From NCBI GenBank assembly GCA_951406725.2, contig OX597820.1, forward strand, positions 107,570,001 to 107,634,000: a stretch of DNA of 64,000 nt, in the 5' to 3' direction. Both the position numbers and the translations under genes were made by a program. Origin of the DNA: Octopus vulgaris (taxonomy: Eukaryota). Shown here piece by piece: positions 36,784 to 49,235 of the stretch (position 1 is its first letter; every line of letters begins with the position of its first letter). The notes under the pieces were generated by a model. It saw nothing but the letters and a program-made list of their open reading frames with translations, ran no database searches and had not been told where the DNA came from.

Positions 36784-38058
36784 CTGGATTGAGGAATAAT
36801 TCAAGAGCATTTTTTTTTCAAATTTAAAAGGGCACACAGAAATAAAACTCATTGGCAAAATGTTTCATGTTATTTAAAAGGGAATTTTTTGCTCTACAAG
36901 AAAGTGTGTTTTGATTTTTGTGTATTTCCAGATCAATAAAATGGAATGTCAAGTGGACAAAACTGAGTATTTTCAACACCATTTGCTTTTTGCATTTAAT
37001 CTAAGTGTTAAGGCCACTGAAGCTGCTCGTGAGATTTGTGCTGTGTATGGAAAAGGAGCAATGCCTCAAAGTACCAGCCACCATTGGTTTCCGTGCTTCA
37101 AAATTGGGAATTTTGACCTCAAGAATGGATCACACACTAGTCAACCAATTGGGTTCAATGAAGAATGATTGAATCAACTTCTTCATGAAAATCCATGTCA
37201 AACGACCAGAGAATTGGTAGAGCAGGTGAATTGTGATCGAAAACCTTTGGTGAATCACCTTCACTCAATGGGCAAGGTTCAGAAACATGGCACTTGGGTG
37301 CCACACACTTTAGATGAAAACAACTAAAACCAACACTCCACAATCGCCGGCAGTTTGCTTGATTGACATTGCTCAGTGTTTTCTTTACCACATTGTCACT
37401 AGCAATGAAAACTGGTGCCTTTGCGTCAATATGAAGCAGCGAAAAGAATGGCTCAGCCTTGACAAACAAGCTACTCCGTGAGCAAAACAAGACCTTCATC
37501 CTCAAAAGACCATGTTGTGTGTATGGTCAGACTGGGAAGGCACAATTCATTACAAACTGCTTGAGTGCAACCAAGCACTCATTGCAGAGCTCTACATTCA
37601 ACAACTGCACCAACTCAATGAAGCAATTCAGCAAAAAAGACCAGCTAAGTGAAATGGCATTCTTCTGCAACATGACAATGCCCATCCTCACACCACCAAT
37701 ATGAAATAAGCTGCGATTTTCTCACATTACCAATATGCCCAAAGCCACAATGGGATGTGCTGTCTCATCCACCATACTCCTTTAGACTTGGCGCCATCAG
37801 ATTTTCATCTCTTTCAACTGCTTTCAAACACTTTGTGTGGTGTATTGTTCAATAATAACGTGGAATTGAAAACTTGGTTGGACAAATTCTTTGAAGTCAA
37901 GAGCGGGAGATTTCTATTGCTGAGGCATCAAAAGACTTGTTGGACAATGGGAGGAAATCATAAACAACAACAGACTGTACATTATTGATTAAATTGTTGT
38001 AGTCTTTTTTTTAAAAATAGATTTGAAAAAAACGCTTGAGAATTATTTCTCAACCCAA
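36784..38058 (+). mobile_element. Full-length decayed mariner transposon
   Basis: TIRs ctggattgaggaataattc / gaattatttctcaacccaa with TA flanks, ~1.27 kb. Transposase remnants KATEAAREICAVYG, WVPHTL, HDNAHPH and DLAPSDFHLF. Confidence 0.9.
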
Positions 38059-38511
38059 TATAAGAGAAAACAATTTCCTTTAGGTTGTTAACCTTCTTTG
38101 ACACTGGAATTCAGGGATAACTGGACAAAGGGTAATAATACTTAAGGCTTCCAGCTGAAAAAGTGTTTCAAGGAAATGTTGATTTTGCAAAAATGAGTTA
38201 AGTGGATGGTACAGGGTAAGTGTAAGTAAGGCAGTCAATGAAGTACTAGAAGAAGAATGAAGTTCTGTGTGCATTTGGATGAAGGTGGTATGCACTTCAA
38301 TACATTACATATCCAATCCAAGAACTTAGGCCATAGTTTTAAAGGCCACAAGCTCACATTGTGCCACATCATTAGTTTCGTCATTGTATCTAATTCAGTT
38401 TGTTTAGTTAACAGCATACACAGAGACTGTGCATGTTCCTTCAAAAATAAAATCTTTAAAAATTCTCATTATAGCTAGTGTTATTTTCCTCAAATCAAAT
38501 CCTACTCAAAT

Positions 38512-38790
38512 CATCATCATTTAACATCCATTTTCCATGCTGGCATGGATTGGATGGCTTGACAGAAATTGGCATGGCCAGGGGCTGCACCAGGTCCCAC
38601 AGTCTGTTTTGGCTTGGTTTCTGTGACTGGATGTCCTTCCTAACACCAACCACTCTACAGTATACTGCATACTTTTTATGTGGCACCATTACTAGTGCTT
38701 TTTATGTGGTACCATTACTTCATAAGTATCAGCGTTTTGAGATTAGCCATCAAAACTTTGTTCCATGTCTTCCTGGGTCTCCCTCTTCAA
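38512..38790 (-). mobile_element. Old RTE LINE 3' fragment
   Basis: catcatcatttaacatccattttccatgctggcatgg tail and tcttcctgggtctccctcttc. Confidence 0.7.
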
Positions 38791-39414
38791 CAACCAGAAC
38801 AAGAATGTAAGACAAAAAAGTAACATCCTAACCACCTGATCCACACTTAGTGAATCATGCTGAATCAGAGCTTCATCCCATTGACTAGTTCACTCTTTCT
38901 CCCACTCAACTACAGCCACTGCCAGAACATTAAATTTTAATTAACAGACGAAACTGCCACATGGATACAAGTGTTCACTATTTACACTTTACCACACATT
39001 TTCACCCATTGTTTTACATGGTAAACTATGTTGTCAACAAAAAAAAAAAAAAAAAGCAAAGCTAATCAAATCTAGGTTCTCTTAAATGTTCATTCACTTG
39101 GCTAACTGTTCTGAACAAATGATAACAACATAAAACTTCTGTCAATGACAAATATTTATAGAAGAATACATACAAAAGTCTATGGGTAAATATGATTGCT
39201 AATACTGCTAGTAATATTTTACACTATATCATTCATGATAAAATAATAATAATAAGAAGAAGAAGAACTTCAAATTTTGGCACTATGCCAGCAGTTTTGA
39301 AGGAAGGAGCAAGTCAATGGCATTGACCTCCAGTGCTTGACTGGTACTTATTTCATCACCCCCATAAGTATGAAAGACAAGGTCAACCCCAACAAAATTT
39401 GAACTCACATAACT

Positions 39415-39750
39415 GACATGACAAGCAAATGGAAAGAAATGAAATTACATGGCCAATTCATGCAACAAACTAAGGGTTTTGGAAGTAAAGTACACTGGCT
39501 TTGGTTGATAGTGAGGAACCTGAAACAGGGGACCAAAGGGAAAATTATAGTTGCTCAGGAACAAACCATTAGGATGAATGTGGCACAAGTAAAGATCAAT
39601 AAAACTCAGTCAAACAGAGTGTGTAGACTCTGCAGGAAAGGAGATGTAAAGTCTCAATCATGTCTTGAGTATGTGCAGTAGGTTTCACAAAAAGAATCTA
39701 AGCCCAGGCATGTCTGTGTAGGTAAAAGAGTGCATTGGGATGTTAACAAG
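39415..39750 (+). mobile_element. R4/Dong-clade LINE fragment (C-terminal CCHC region)
   Basis: WKEMKLHGQF...WL...IIVAQEQTIR...CRLCRK motif series, typical of R4-clade ORF ends. Confidence 0.65.
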
Positions 39751-40271
39751 GTGTGTGCCTTCAAGGAGAACAACAATCAATGAGTAGTGAAATAGAGGTG
39801 TCTGGGTAAATAGATTCCACCTTAACTGCTTGTATCTTGTGATGATCTGGCAAAGATGCATAATCCCCATTGACCCTAATCCCATATAAAGTGGCTGTAA
39901 AATGGTAAACAGAGGGACACTGTCGCTATTAATTACTCAGCATTTTGTTAGTTTGTAGTGTAGACGGTGGTGAGAAGGACAAATGCACATACACACACAT
40001 ATGTGTGTGTCTATATGTATATGCATATGTATGTATATGTATGTATACAACCTTCAACAAAGTAACAGTCATGTATACAACTTGAACAGACACATATCAA
40101 TACATAAACATACATTCACATGTACACACACACAGACACGTCTACACACCTAAATACTCACGTACATACATACATGCGTATAGGCATGCACTAATGCATA
40201 CGCATGTACACATATGCATATGCACATACATGTACACACATACATACATAAAAACATACATGCATATATAT

Positions 40272-40502
40272 CATGAACTAACTGTTACTTTCTCAGATGC
40301 AGCATGGAATTTTGTCAGTGAACAGGTTGCGGTCTGAAAGCGATGAAAATATTTTGGCAAATTAAATTTAAATGTTGAAGTGAATCTAATGGTTTTTGTG
40401 TGTTTCTTTAATGGCTTATAAACACCTTCCATGCTACAATTGTTTTCATTCCAGCACACGATCTCAGATCAGGTCACTTGCTCTGCAAGTAAATCTCTGT
40501 AA
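40272..40502 (+). ncRNA. Dispersed repeat with G3-C8 variant hammerhead-like motif (copy 2, motif at 40311-40361)
   Basis: tttgtca-GTGAACA-G-gttgc...gcgat-GAAA-ATAT-TT-tggcaaa, enclosed by the inverted pair gcagcatggaa / ttccatgctac. Confidence 0.55.
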
Positions 40503-40517
40503 TATATGTATATATAT

Positions 40518-40914
40518 AGGCGTAGGAGTGGCTGTGTGGTAAGTAGCTTGTTTACGAACCACATGGTTCCGGGTTCAGTCCCACTGCGTGGCACCTCGGG
40601 CAAGTGTCTTCTACTATAGCCTCGGGCCGACCAAAGCCTTGTAAGTGGATTTGGTAGACGGAAACTGAAAGAAGCCCGTCGTATATGTGTATGTATGTGT
40701 GTGTATATGTTTGTGTGTCTGTGTTTGTCCCCCCAACATCGCTTGACAACCGATGCTGGTGTGTTAACATCCCCGTAACTTAGCAGTTCAGCAAAAGAGA
40801 CCGATAGAATAAGTACTAGGCTTACAAAGAATAAGTCCTGGGATCGATTTGCTCGACTAAAGGCGGTGCTCCAGCATGGCCACAGTCAAATGACTGAAAC
40901 AAATAAAAGAGTAA
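40518..40914 (+). mobile_element. tRNA-derived SINE, full-length copy
   Basis: A box TGGCTGTGTGG and B box GGTTCAGTCCC. Same family as 1368-1750. Flanked by (TA)n. Confidence 0.88.
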
Positions 40915-40979
40915 ATATATATATATAGAGAGAGAGGGATAAATAGATAGATAGACAGACAGACAGATATTGCTTAGAG

Positions 40980-41262
40980 CAGTGCTTATCAAACTATTTG
41001 ATGTGACGTACTGGCAGCATATTTTTCAATGTGCCAGGGACCAGTAATATTTCATAGTAATATTAATTTATACTGGAAACACTATATATAATGAATATAA
41101 GGAAACTTGACAATTTTTAAAATTTTATTTATATTGTAAACAAATAATACAATATTACAAAAGTATTTTATAATGTTTCTTTCGTAGACACTCTCCGCGT
41201 ACCAGCAGCTGATGGCTCGTGGACTGGCACCAGTCCATGGACCACCACTTTGAGTAGCAATG
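40980..41262. mobile_element. hAT (Charlie-like) MITE
   Basis: TIRs cagtgcttatcaaa / tttgagtagcaatg. 8-bp TSD gcttagag / acttagag. Confidence 0.8.
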
Positions 41263-41749
41263 ACTTAGAGGATATATTAAACCTCACAAAGGGATGGCTA
41301 CATTCAAAGAAACACTGGTTCTATACCTAGTATTTTGAGGAAATGAAATTTCCTTAGATCTATAGCTATATGTTAAGCATATAATTCATGTTCAGTTAAT
41401 TGAACCTATTGTCATAAATTTTAAATGCTGTTTGTGTTCGTTTTTTTATACCTGCGTCATACCAAGGACCAACCCCAGAGTTGAATGGGTGGTTTAAACT
41501 GAATTTTGTACTTGCATATCTACAGTATCCCACTAACATTCAATATAGTCAATCTTGTTTACTTCACTGTGAGCTCTATGTTATTGTAGTTAGCCATTTC
41601 TGGTGTTGATGCACCTTGATTCTAATGAATCCTTATAACTAAATCACACACGCACACACACAAACATTTTGAGCAGAGTTTTTCAGATAAAAGTGACACA
41701 AGAGAAATTAATGAGAGACAGTAGAGTTTTACGCCTTTTCACAATCAAC

Positions 41750-42540
41750 ATTATACTATCATCCTCAACAACGATAGCCTATCAGCTCTTAAATACTTAC
41801 TAGACCATTGCCTCCAACCTGTACTTAGCACCACTACACTCTTCTGCCCAGCCAAGTTTATACTAACCCTTAATTGTGTTTTTTCCCTCTGGCATATTTT
41901 ACAAACATATCAACAGAGTCGCTAAGGAAACTAGGTTAGGCCACAATTATACCAACTTTTTTATAGGCCACATTGAAGAGCAAATAATTGCCCAGTTCAC
42001 CAGATCTATCCCAAAGCTGTATGGTCACTATATTGATAACTCTGCTTCAACACTACAGGCCACTCCATTACTTAGTGTGAGGTATCTGCACACACCATAA
42101 ATCCACATTTTGAAGGAAACAGAGAGAACGGCATTTCATATTTGGACTTGGTACTATGTCACCAACAGATTTAAATGTATGATTTTCATTCTATTCCTAC
42201 ACCTCCTTGTAGTTCATTAAACCATTTCTTATCCTATTTGCACCTCATCTTTTCCATTCACCTCACTCTTAACTTCACTCTCTTCTCTTCATTCCATTCC
42301 GCTTTCCTTCTAATTCTCTAACCCTGTTTTTCCAACCACTTCTTGTTCACACGTAAAGCTTTTGTGGTTCTGTGTTATTTATCAGTTGCAGACTGATACA
42401 CCTTAGAAGGTGTAAAACTTTGTTGTTTTTCATTAATTTCTCTCTTGTCAACTTTTCCCTGAAGAAGGACTATATTTGAAACAGATTTTCCAGTCCCTCC
42501 AGCAAGTTCACGGTACACTTTTCATCAGTTTTACTAAATT
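41750..42540 (+). mobile_element. Decayed Penelope-like element (RT fragment + pLTR)
   Basis: FYKHINRVAKETRLGHNYTNFF...YIDN resembles Penelope RT motifs. ctgaaga...gaaac at ~42459-42482, and a cagcaagttca tail shared with 10790 and 15963. Confidence 0.55.
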
Positions 42541-42557
42541 ATATAATTCTTGCCAAC

Positions 42558-42588
<31 letters not shown>

Positions 42589-42608
42589 CACACACACATA
42601 CACACATA

Positions 42609-42821
42609 TGAGGTTGCTGAAAAGTTCCTGGCTTTGGATGAAAGAAAATACAGGAGGATCAGTTAATTATGATTTTATTCAACATATTCCTTTCTCAGAT
42701 TCACACACTTACTGCAGTGGTTTCAGTTTTTCTAATCCCTGTAAAAGCACTCAGAAGGTTGGGCCTCCAACCAGGCCTTTCAAGCTACCCTTAAAGCCTG
42801 GAACTTTACAGTACCCCCTCG
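42609..42821. mobile_element. Mariner-type MITE
   Basis: TIRs gaggttgctgaaaagttcctggcttt / aaagcctggaactttacagtaccccctc with TA flanks. Confidence 0.75.
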
Positions 42822-42826
42822 TATAT

Positions 42827-42857
<31 letters not shown>

Positions 42858-42858
<1 letters not shown>

Positions 42859-43340
42859 GAGGTTGGTGCATAATTAATGACCATTGGTTTATTCTAAATT
42901 TGTTTGAAAATAAAACACCAAAGTACAGTTAAAATGTGTTTAAATGATTATTCTGGAGTGTAGCTGCCATCTACTTCAATAACTCCTTCCCATTTGATTA
43001 GCAAATGGTCAATTCCATACATTAAAAAGAAAATGACAATCTTTGGACGCAGTCCATTCATTGATGTCAGTGACAAGATCATCCAAATCATTGCAGACTT
43101 TACCTGCCTACCCATTAGTGAATGATTGCCATGATAGTCTGTAGAATATGGTGGGGGTTCAAGTAGCTCCCATCTTTTGTCTTTGATTGTTTGCATTAAC
43201 CACCGTTCAACATATGGTCTCACGTTGTCAAGGGGAAATACAATGTGATTCTTTTTGTGAGAATGTTTGGCTTTGACAGCAGTTTCTAAGTGGTTGAGTT
43301 GAGCCAGTTAAATGTTACTGTTAATGCAGTGCTGCTTTTT
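42858..43340 (-). mobile_element. Mariner 3' fragment
   Basis: WELLEPPPYSTDYH...GIDHLLIKWEGVIEVDGSY in ORF 42948-43223, with one TIR-like end at 42858. Confidence 0.75.
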
Positions 43341-45110
43341 TCTATTTCTGTTAGGAATGGGCCATTCACATCTTATATTGTTTTTATCCCACTAATAACA
43401 GAAACTTTGTTGACCATCTTGAATGATGATTTCCTTGTGAATGATTCCAAAGGAGTACTACCATAGACACCACAGGGAATTCTTGTTGTGAAAGGGTTTT
43501 GGAATGCTTTTGGGAGATTGGTTACACTTAACACACACTTTCCACTAACTATACACAAACCAACAAACGATATTCCGATAAACTACCAAAATGACACATT
43601 ACAACTTCCTGCGATTAATGTTTACTCTGTCTCTCACTCAGACCGCTACTATTTATAGTCGTTCGGTAAAGTTTATTTTTGCGGAGGTGTCATGACTTTC
43701 GCCACAACATCTTCCATTTTGAGATTCCAACTTCTGTAGGAAATGAAATTTATTTTATCATTATTTTTTCTCTTTCTTTCGAGCACTTCTCCCTTTTTGA
43801 AATTTTGCTTCTCTAAGGAGTTCACTACCTTTTCTGCTTAGGAATTATTAGTTCAGTCTGTTTATGTTTTCTGTTACTGCTCCTTCTAGGCTCAATCTTT
43901 CGGTGCTGGCACATCACACATGTCATAAAACACTTCCATTGGAGCTTCCTTCCTTTCTTCTGTATGTCTGGTTTTTAATTGATTTAGGTGTTATTTATGC
44001 TTCCATCGTTGGCCTTTTATTAAATATATCTTGTTTCCAATTCTTTTAGTCACTACACTATCCTACCAACCCTCTTTACCATTCTTGTATACTTTGAAAT
44101 GGACTTTGTCTCCAACATCAAAATGTTTAGTTGAATTTTTTTTAAAGAATAAAATGTTTTGAATGGCACAACAATACACTTATAATACAAACAATGGACT
44201 ATAATCACTGTTGTAATTTAATCATCCATAGTCTGATATGATATTTCAGAACAAAAATTCCTTCTTCAGATATCCCTAGGAATTGATGGAGTCGCTGCTA
44301 TAATTGGTTTGCCAATGGCTTTTCTGTTTTTTTTCCAGAAGCGTCTCGGCAGTGGTCTCACGAAGCACTCTCTGTAATTCCTCATGAGAGTATTTTTTAT
44401 TTTCTCTGTTTTTTCCTTTGGCAACAATTAGTCGAAAATACATTTAATCCTTTGAGTGAACATTAGCTCTGTTGGTGACTTGCCTGAACTTGTATCTGGA
44501 TTGGGCATTATTCTGTACACCCTTAAGAATTTAGTTAGTGGTTTGTCATTTCTTAACTCATTTCTGTTTTTTTTAGCACTCACTTGAAAGTATCTATGAA
44601 TCATTCTGCTTGCCCATTTGACTTTCGGTGGTAGGGTAGGCAGCTGTAGTTGAATCCATGCCTGACCGTGGATCATCTGGAGTTATCTCCCCTGGTCACA
44701 TCGTTAACGAGGTGGCGCTCGTGAGAGAGGGATAAAAAGACAGGCAGAGCCAAGAGCAGCCTCTTTTCTCACCAAGCAGCTTGCTGCTAATTGCATCATT
44801 TCCCTCTCTGCTACTAGACTACCCACGTCGCTTTGAATTGAGTGGAATCCACTATACCAGTCATGGAAGGCGGCAAGATGAAAACCTTTTCTTGTTTAAC
44901 TTCATTCTGTTCTGTAAGATGTTAAATATTCAAGCTGCGTATGAATACTCTCCTCCCGGATTGGAATAAACATACCATGTACACGAAGGCCTCAAAACTC
45001 ATATGAATTGTTGTTTTTCATTGGATTAACTCTTACTGCTATCAAAGGATTACCGGATATTTTATTAAATTAGTGGCCTTTAAGCTCACTAAAAGATTAA
45101 ACATGTGCTT

Positions 45111-45203
45111 GATTCAGTTCTATATTTAAGAGATGAAGAATTATGTACATTATTTACATTAGATGGATATTTGTCCTCATCTTGTTTGTTGTTAACACGT
45201 TTT
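45111..45203 (-). mobile_element. Inverted partial pLTR of the Penelope element at 46000-48125
   Basis: Reverse complement of ~46053-46148. Confidence 0.85.
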
Positions 45204-45331
45204 TCAGGTCACTGCCTGGAATCGAACTCAGAATCTTGGGGTTAATAACCTGTGCTCTTAATCACTACACCATATGTCTGTAGGCAATTATGGAGTGAAT
45301 AATAATAATACTACTAATAATAATAATAATA

Positions 45332-45980
45332 AACAGCACATACCCAAGGCACACAGAGCTGCGCTCAGTAGTGAAGTGAAAGCACGCTATAAAAATAAAA
45401 CTACCGAATAATAATAATAAATGCCCTGATGCAGTACCAGACAGTGGCGCTCATGGCTTCTGATATTAACTGATTGGAAGTGTTATCATGTACATTGTTT
45501 TGTCTTGGTATAAAAGATGGGCTAACAGCAAATATTCTGCTCAATACCACAGATTTGCTTGTCAGTTGTTTGACCTTAACCAGTTGACCATGTCCCTTAG
45601 TGGCTGACGATATATGCATCTCTGATCAAGAGCAGAAGTAGTGGGGGGAGCATCATAGCCGTGTGTGTTGAAAGGAATTCTTAGAGGTTTGGATAATTCA
45701 CCTTTGGAAACATGGGTGGTTCGTTCAACATCTTTATACAATCCTTATTCAGGGACCTTTTGAGCGGGATGGGCTACTCGACCTGAAAAAAGTTCTAACT
45801 GGGCCCCACCTGCAAGGTCATGTGCTGTTTATCGTGATATGAGATCACCATGTCGTGCACATATGGTTGTGATGCATGTGCCTGGTGTACCCTTATCAGA
45901 CGGGTAGTCATGATGGGTATACTGGGCTCCGTATATTTTACCCCAGTGTCACTTTCAAGGCATGCAATGCTCTCTCACTC
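45332..45980 (+). repeat. Interspersed repeat(s) bounded by (AAT)n tracts, possibly R4/Dong-associated
   Basis: Two non-coding segments, each flanked by (AAT)n (45300-45331, 45407-45421, 45981-46000). The family assignment is inferred from the known (TAA)n targeting of Dong elements. Confidence 0.4.
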
Positions 45981-45999
45981 AATAATAATAATAATAATA

Positions 46000-48125
46000 A
46001 CAACATCGAATTTCCCCAAGACACCTGATGAAGGCTGGTAGGTATATCAGCCAAAACGTTGTGTTAACAACAAACAAGATGAGGACAAATATCAATCAAA
46101 TGTAAATAATGTACATAATTTCTCATCTCTTAAATATAGAACTGTATCATCTAATCAGTATGGAGTCAACATTAGACTTCAATGGAGACATATAGACAAA
46201 CTTCATCAAAAACTAGCTCGTCTTTCAAACCATCTAACTTTCTTGTGTAGATGTAGAGACTCAAAGCTAATATCACCTGGCTTGAATATAATGACACCAG
46301 TGGATTCATATAAAGCTAGAAGAGTAGCAGAAAGGGCAGGACATGCCCTCATCCGTGAGAGGATCCATTACAACCGTTGGAAAAGACATCAACTAAATAA
46401 CGAAATCAAAGAGAGTTTATCTTCCTTACGTAGGAAAATAACCAGAGATGATGATAGAAAGAGAATCCAACAAGATCTGGTAAAGTCGTACATGAAAGAA
46501 TCTGAAATGATGAAGACACACCAGATTAAGAAGTTTATGAAACTCAAAGGTCAGAGAATGAAGACTGAAATCCATCACCCACATGTGAAAGCAGTAATTA
46601 ATGTAAGTAGCCGACACCTAGAAAGCTCTGAAGAAGCAGTACTGAACAAAGGTCTCAACTTTGCAACAACCATCAAGTGAATTCCATACTTGGACATAAT
46701 AGCCCCGATTGAAGAGATAACCGTAAAGATACCAACTAAAGTGGCAAGTGAGACAGGTACTGGAAAAAGTGAAACTTGCCAAATCAAACATCACTAAGGA
46801 AGAAAAGTTCACTATCAGAGTGACAATTCCATCATAATACTTCTGGCAGACAAGGGAAATGTTACAGTGGTGATGAACAAGTCTGACTGCTCAGAAAAAT
46901 TGGCAAGTCTTATAAGTGATGGTAGCTACAGCAAAGTAAAGAAAGACCCTACTTTGAAAACAGAGAGGAAGTTCACAGATCTTGATCAATAACAAGATGA
47001 TGATGAAGTACAGACAACTGACTCAACACCACAGTAAACTACCACACATGTACGGTCTTCCTAAGACTCACAAGGATGGTATTCCATTAAGACCTATAGT
47101 GAGCTGTAGAGATTCAGCATGTCATCCACTGAGCCGCTTCCTTGTGGATATAGTCAGTCCATTAGCAAGAAAGTCAACATCGTACGTGAAGAATTCCACC
47201 CACTTCACAGAATTGATCAAGGATATGCCCATTGAATCTAACCAGATGGTGTGTCTAGATGTGATAATCCTGTTCACCAAAGTCCCAACTGGTGAAGCAC
47301 CATTGGTGATTCAAGAAAAACTAGTGACAGACACCTATCTAAAAGAATGCACTAGTATACCAATAAGAAACTTGATGGAAATGTCGACCTTCTGTGTAGA
47401 AATTACCTATTTCAGTATGGACACTGATATATATCGACAAGAGGAGGGTTTAGCTATGGGTTCGCCATTATCACCGGTAATAGCCAATATATACATGGAA
47501 TACTTTGAGAATTTGGCTTTGGGATCAACATTGCTAGAACCAACCCTATGGCTGCGCTATGTTGATGACACAGATGTCCAAGTGCTGTTAGATCATGTGA
47601 ACTCAATAAAGCCATGAATACTGTTCACAATGGAAAAGTAAAAAGACAATCAGCTAGCATTCCTGGACATATTAATAACACGCACCAAGTATGGATTCAG
47701 GACATCCGTATACCACAAGATGACCTTCACTGGACGATACCGTAACTTCAATTCCCACCATCCATACAGTGTAAAGAGAGGAATTGCTCAGTGCCTAAGA
47801 CATCGAGCAAAAAATATAAGTAGCAATCATGATACCCATCATGAAGAAATGATCAAGCACAGTAACAATCAATTAAGCAACAACTACCCCAAAAACATAC
47901 TATCTACTCCAATCTACTCCAATTATGAAGAAAAGAGACGAGGAAACCAATAAACTGTCTACAGTCTGTCTACCCTATGTGAAAGGCCTCTCCAAAAAGA
48001 TACAAAAGATATGCGGCCCATATGACATCAAGACAGTATTCAAAAGTAATACAACACTTTGCAAATATCTCCTTCGAGTAAAACCACCAATAGAAGAGAA
48101 TATAACCAAAGACTGCATGTACGTT
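46000..48125 (+). mobile_element. Penelope-like retroelement: pLTR with hammerhead + broken RT ORF, cut at the start of GIY-YIG
   Basis: YGLPKTHKDGIPLRPIVS, GLAMGSPLSPVIANIYME, WLRYVDDT, FNSHHP and LPYVKGLS. Hammerhead gacac-CTGATGA-A-GGCTG..CAGCC-(A)AAA-CG-TT-gtgtt at 46020-46065. Confidence 0.9.
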
Positions 48126-48984
48126 ATGACAAAAATAATCGCTAGAGTTTCTTTCTCTATCGGACTGTTTTTTTTTTCTGCTGCAATCAGAGCACATGGG
48201 GCATGAACCACCACCTTCATGTTACTGTCTATATTTGTGTAGCAGAACTACTCCTACACCATATTCAGAAGCATTAGAAGCTACTACAATCTCTGCTGCA
48301 GGATCAAAATGAACCAGCAACAAATCCAAAATTAATATTTTTTTTAATATCCTGAAATACCTTTTAACAATTATTTGACCAATTCCATTTGGCGTCTTTC
48401 TTCAACAAATTATTAAGTGGAGCTCTCAATTCATACATGTTTGGTATGTAATTTTGATAATAGTTTGCTAGGCCAAGAAAAGCTTGTATTGTCACTATGT
48501 TAGTTGGGGGAGGCTTATTTTTACTTGCATCAGGTCATCTTCCATTTTTATCTTTCGTTTGTCTTAGATATTTAAAAAAGAATTCACATTTTTCCTCATT
48601 GAGTGTCAAACGGTAATCTCTTATTTTTTGAAAAATATACTTCACATGTTCAATATGCTGATCACGAGATTCACTTTTGATTAATACATCACTGAGATAT
48701 GAAATTGCAAATTGACAGTTCACCAACATCACATCCATAACCTGCTGAAATATTGCAGGTGTGACCTTCAGACCAAATGGCAATCTATTTTATTTATATA
48801 GTCCTCTGTGCAGATTCCCTGTTAGAAGCTTAGAGCATTTCTTTTTGGTATCGCTTCTACCTTCCATTGAGAAAACTTTAGAATTATTATGTTTGACTTT
48901 CCTAACTTTGCTCTGCAATGTGAGTTCTTATGTCCTACTTTTTGGCAACTGTAACATTTTTATGTTTTAAAAGGACAATCCTTC

Positions 48985-49235
48985 CTGAAATGTAGGGCTC
49001 CACAGCCATAGCATTGGTTTGGTCTTGACATTTTTTTTTTGTTTATACCTTCCCAGTCGACATGCTTGTACTTGTGAGAATTCCTTCTCTTCAATTTTCT
49101 TTACATCCTGCTGAAATGTAGGGCTCCACAGCCATAGCATTGGTTTGGTCTTGACATTTTTTTTTTGTTTATACCTTCCCAGTCAACATGCTTGTACTTG
49201 TGAGAATTCCTCTCTTCAATTTTCTTAACATCCTG
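48985..49235. repeat. ~126-bp tandem duplication inside Gypsy gag
   Basis: 48985-49110 and 49111-49235 are nearly identical. Confidence 0.9.

Noticed and set aside
38080-38478. Overlapping short ORFs, faintly like a transposon remnant
   Set aside because: No diagnostic motif could be matched.
44645-45045. Possible solo LTR (TG start, TATA-like motif, AATAAA)
   Set aside because: No clean CA end, TSD or second copy in the window.
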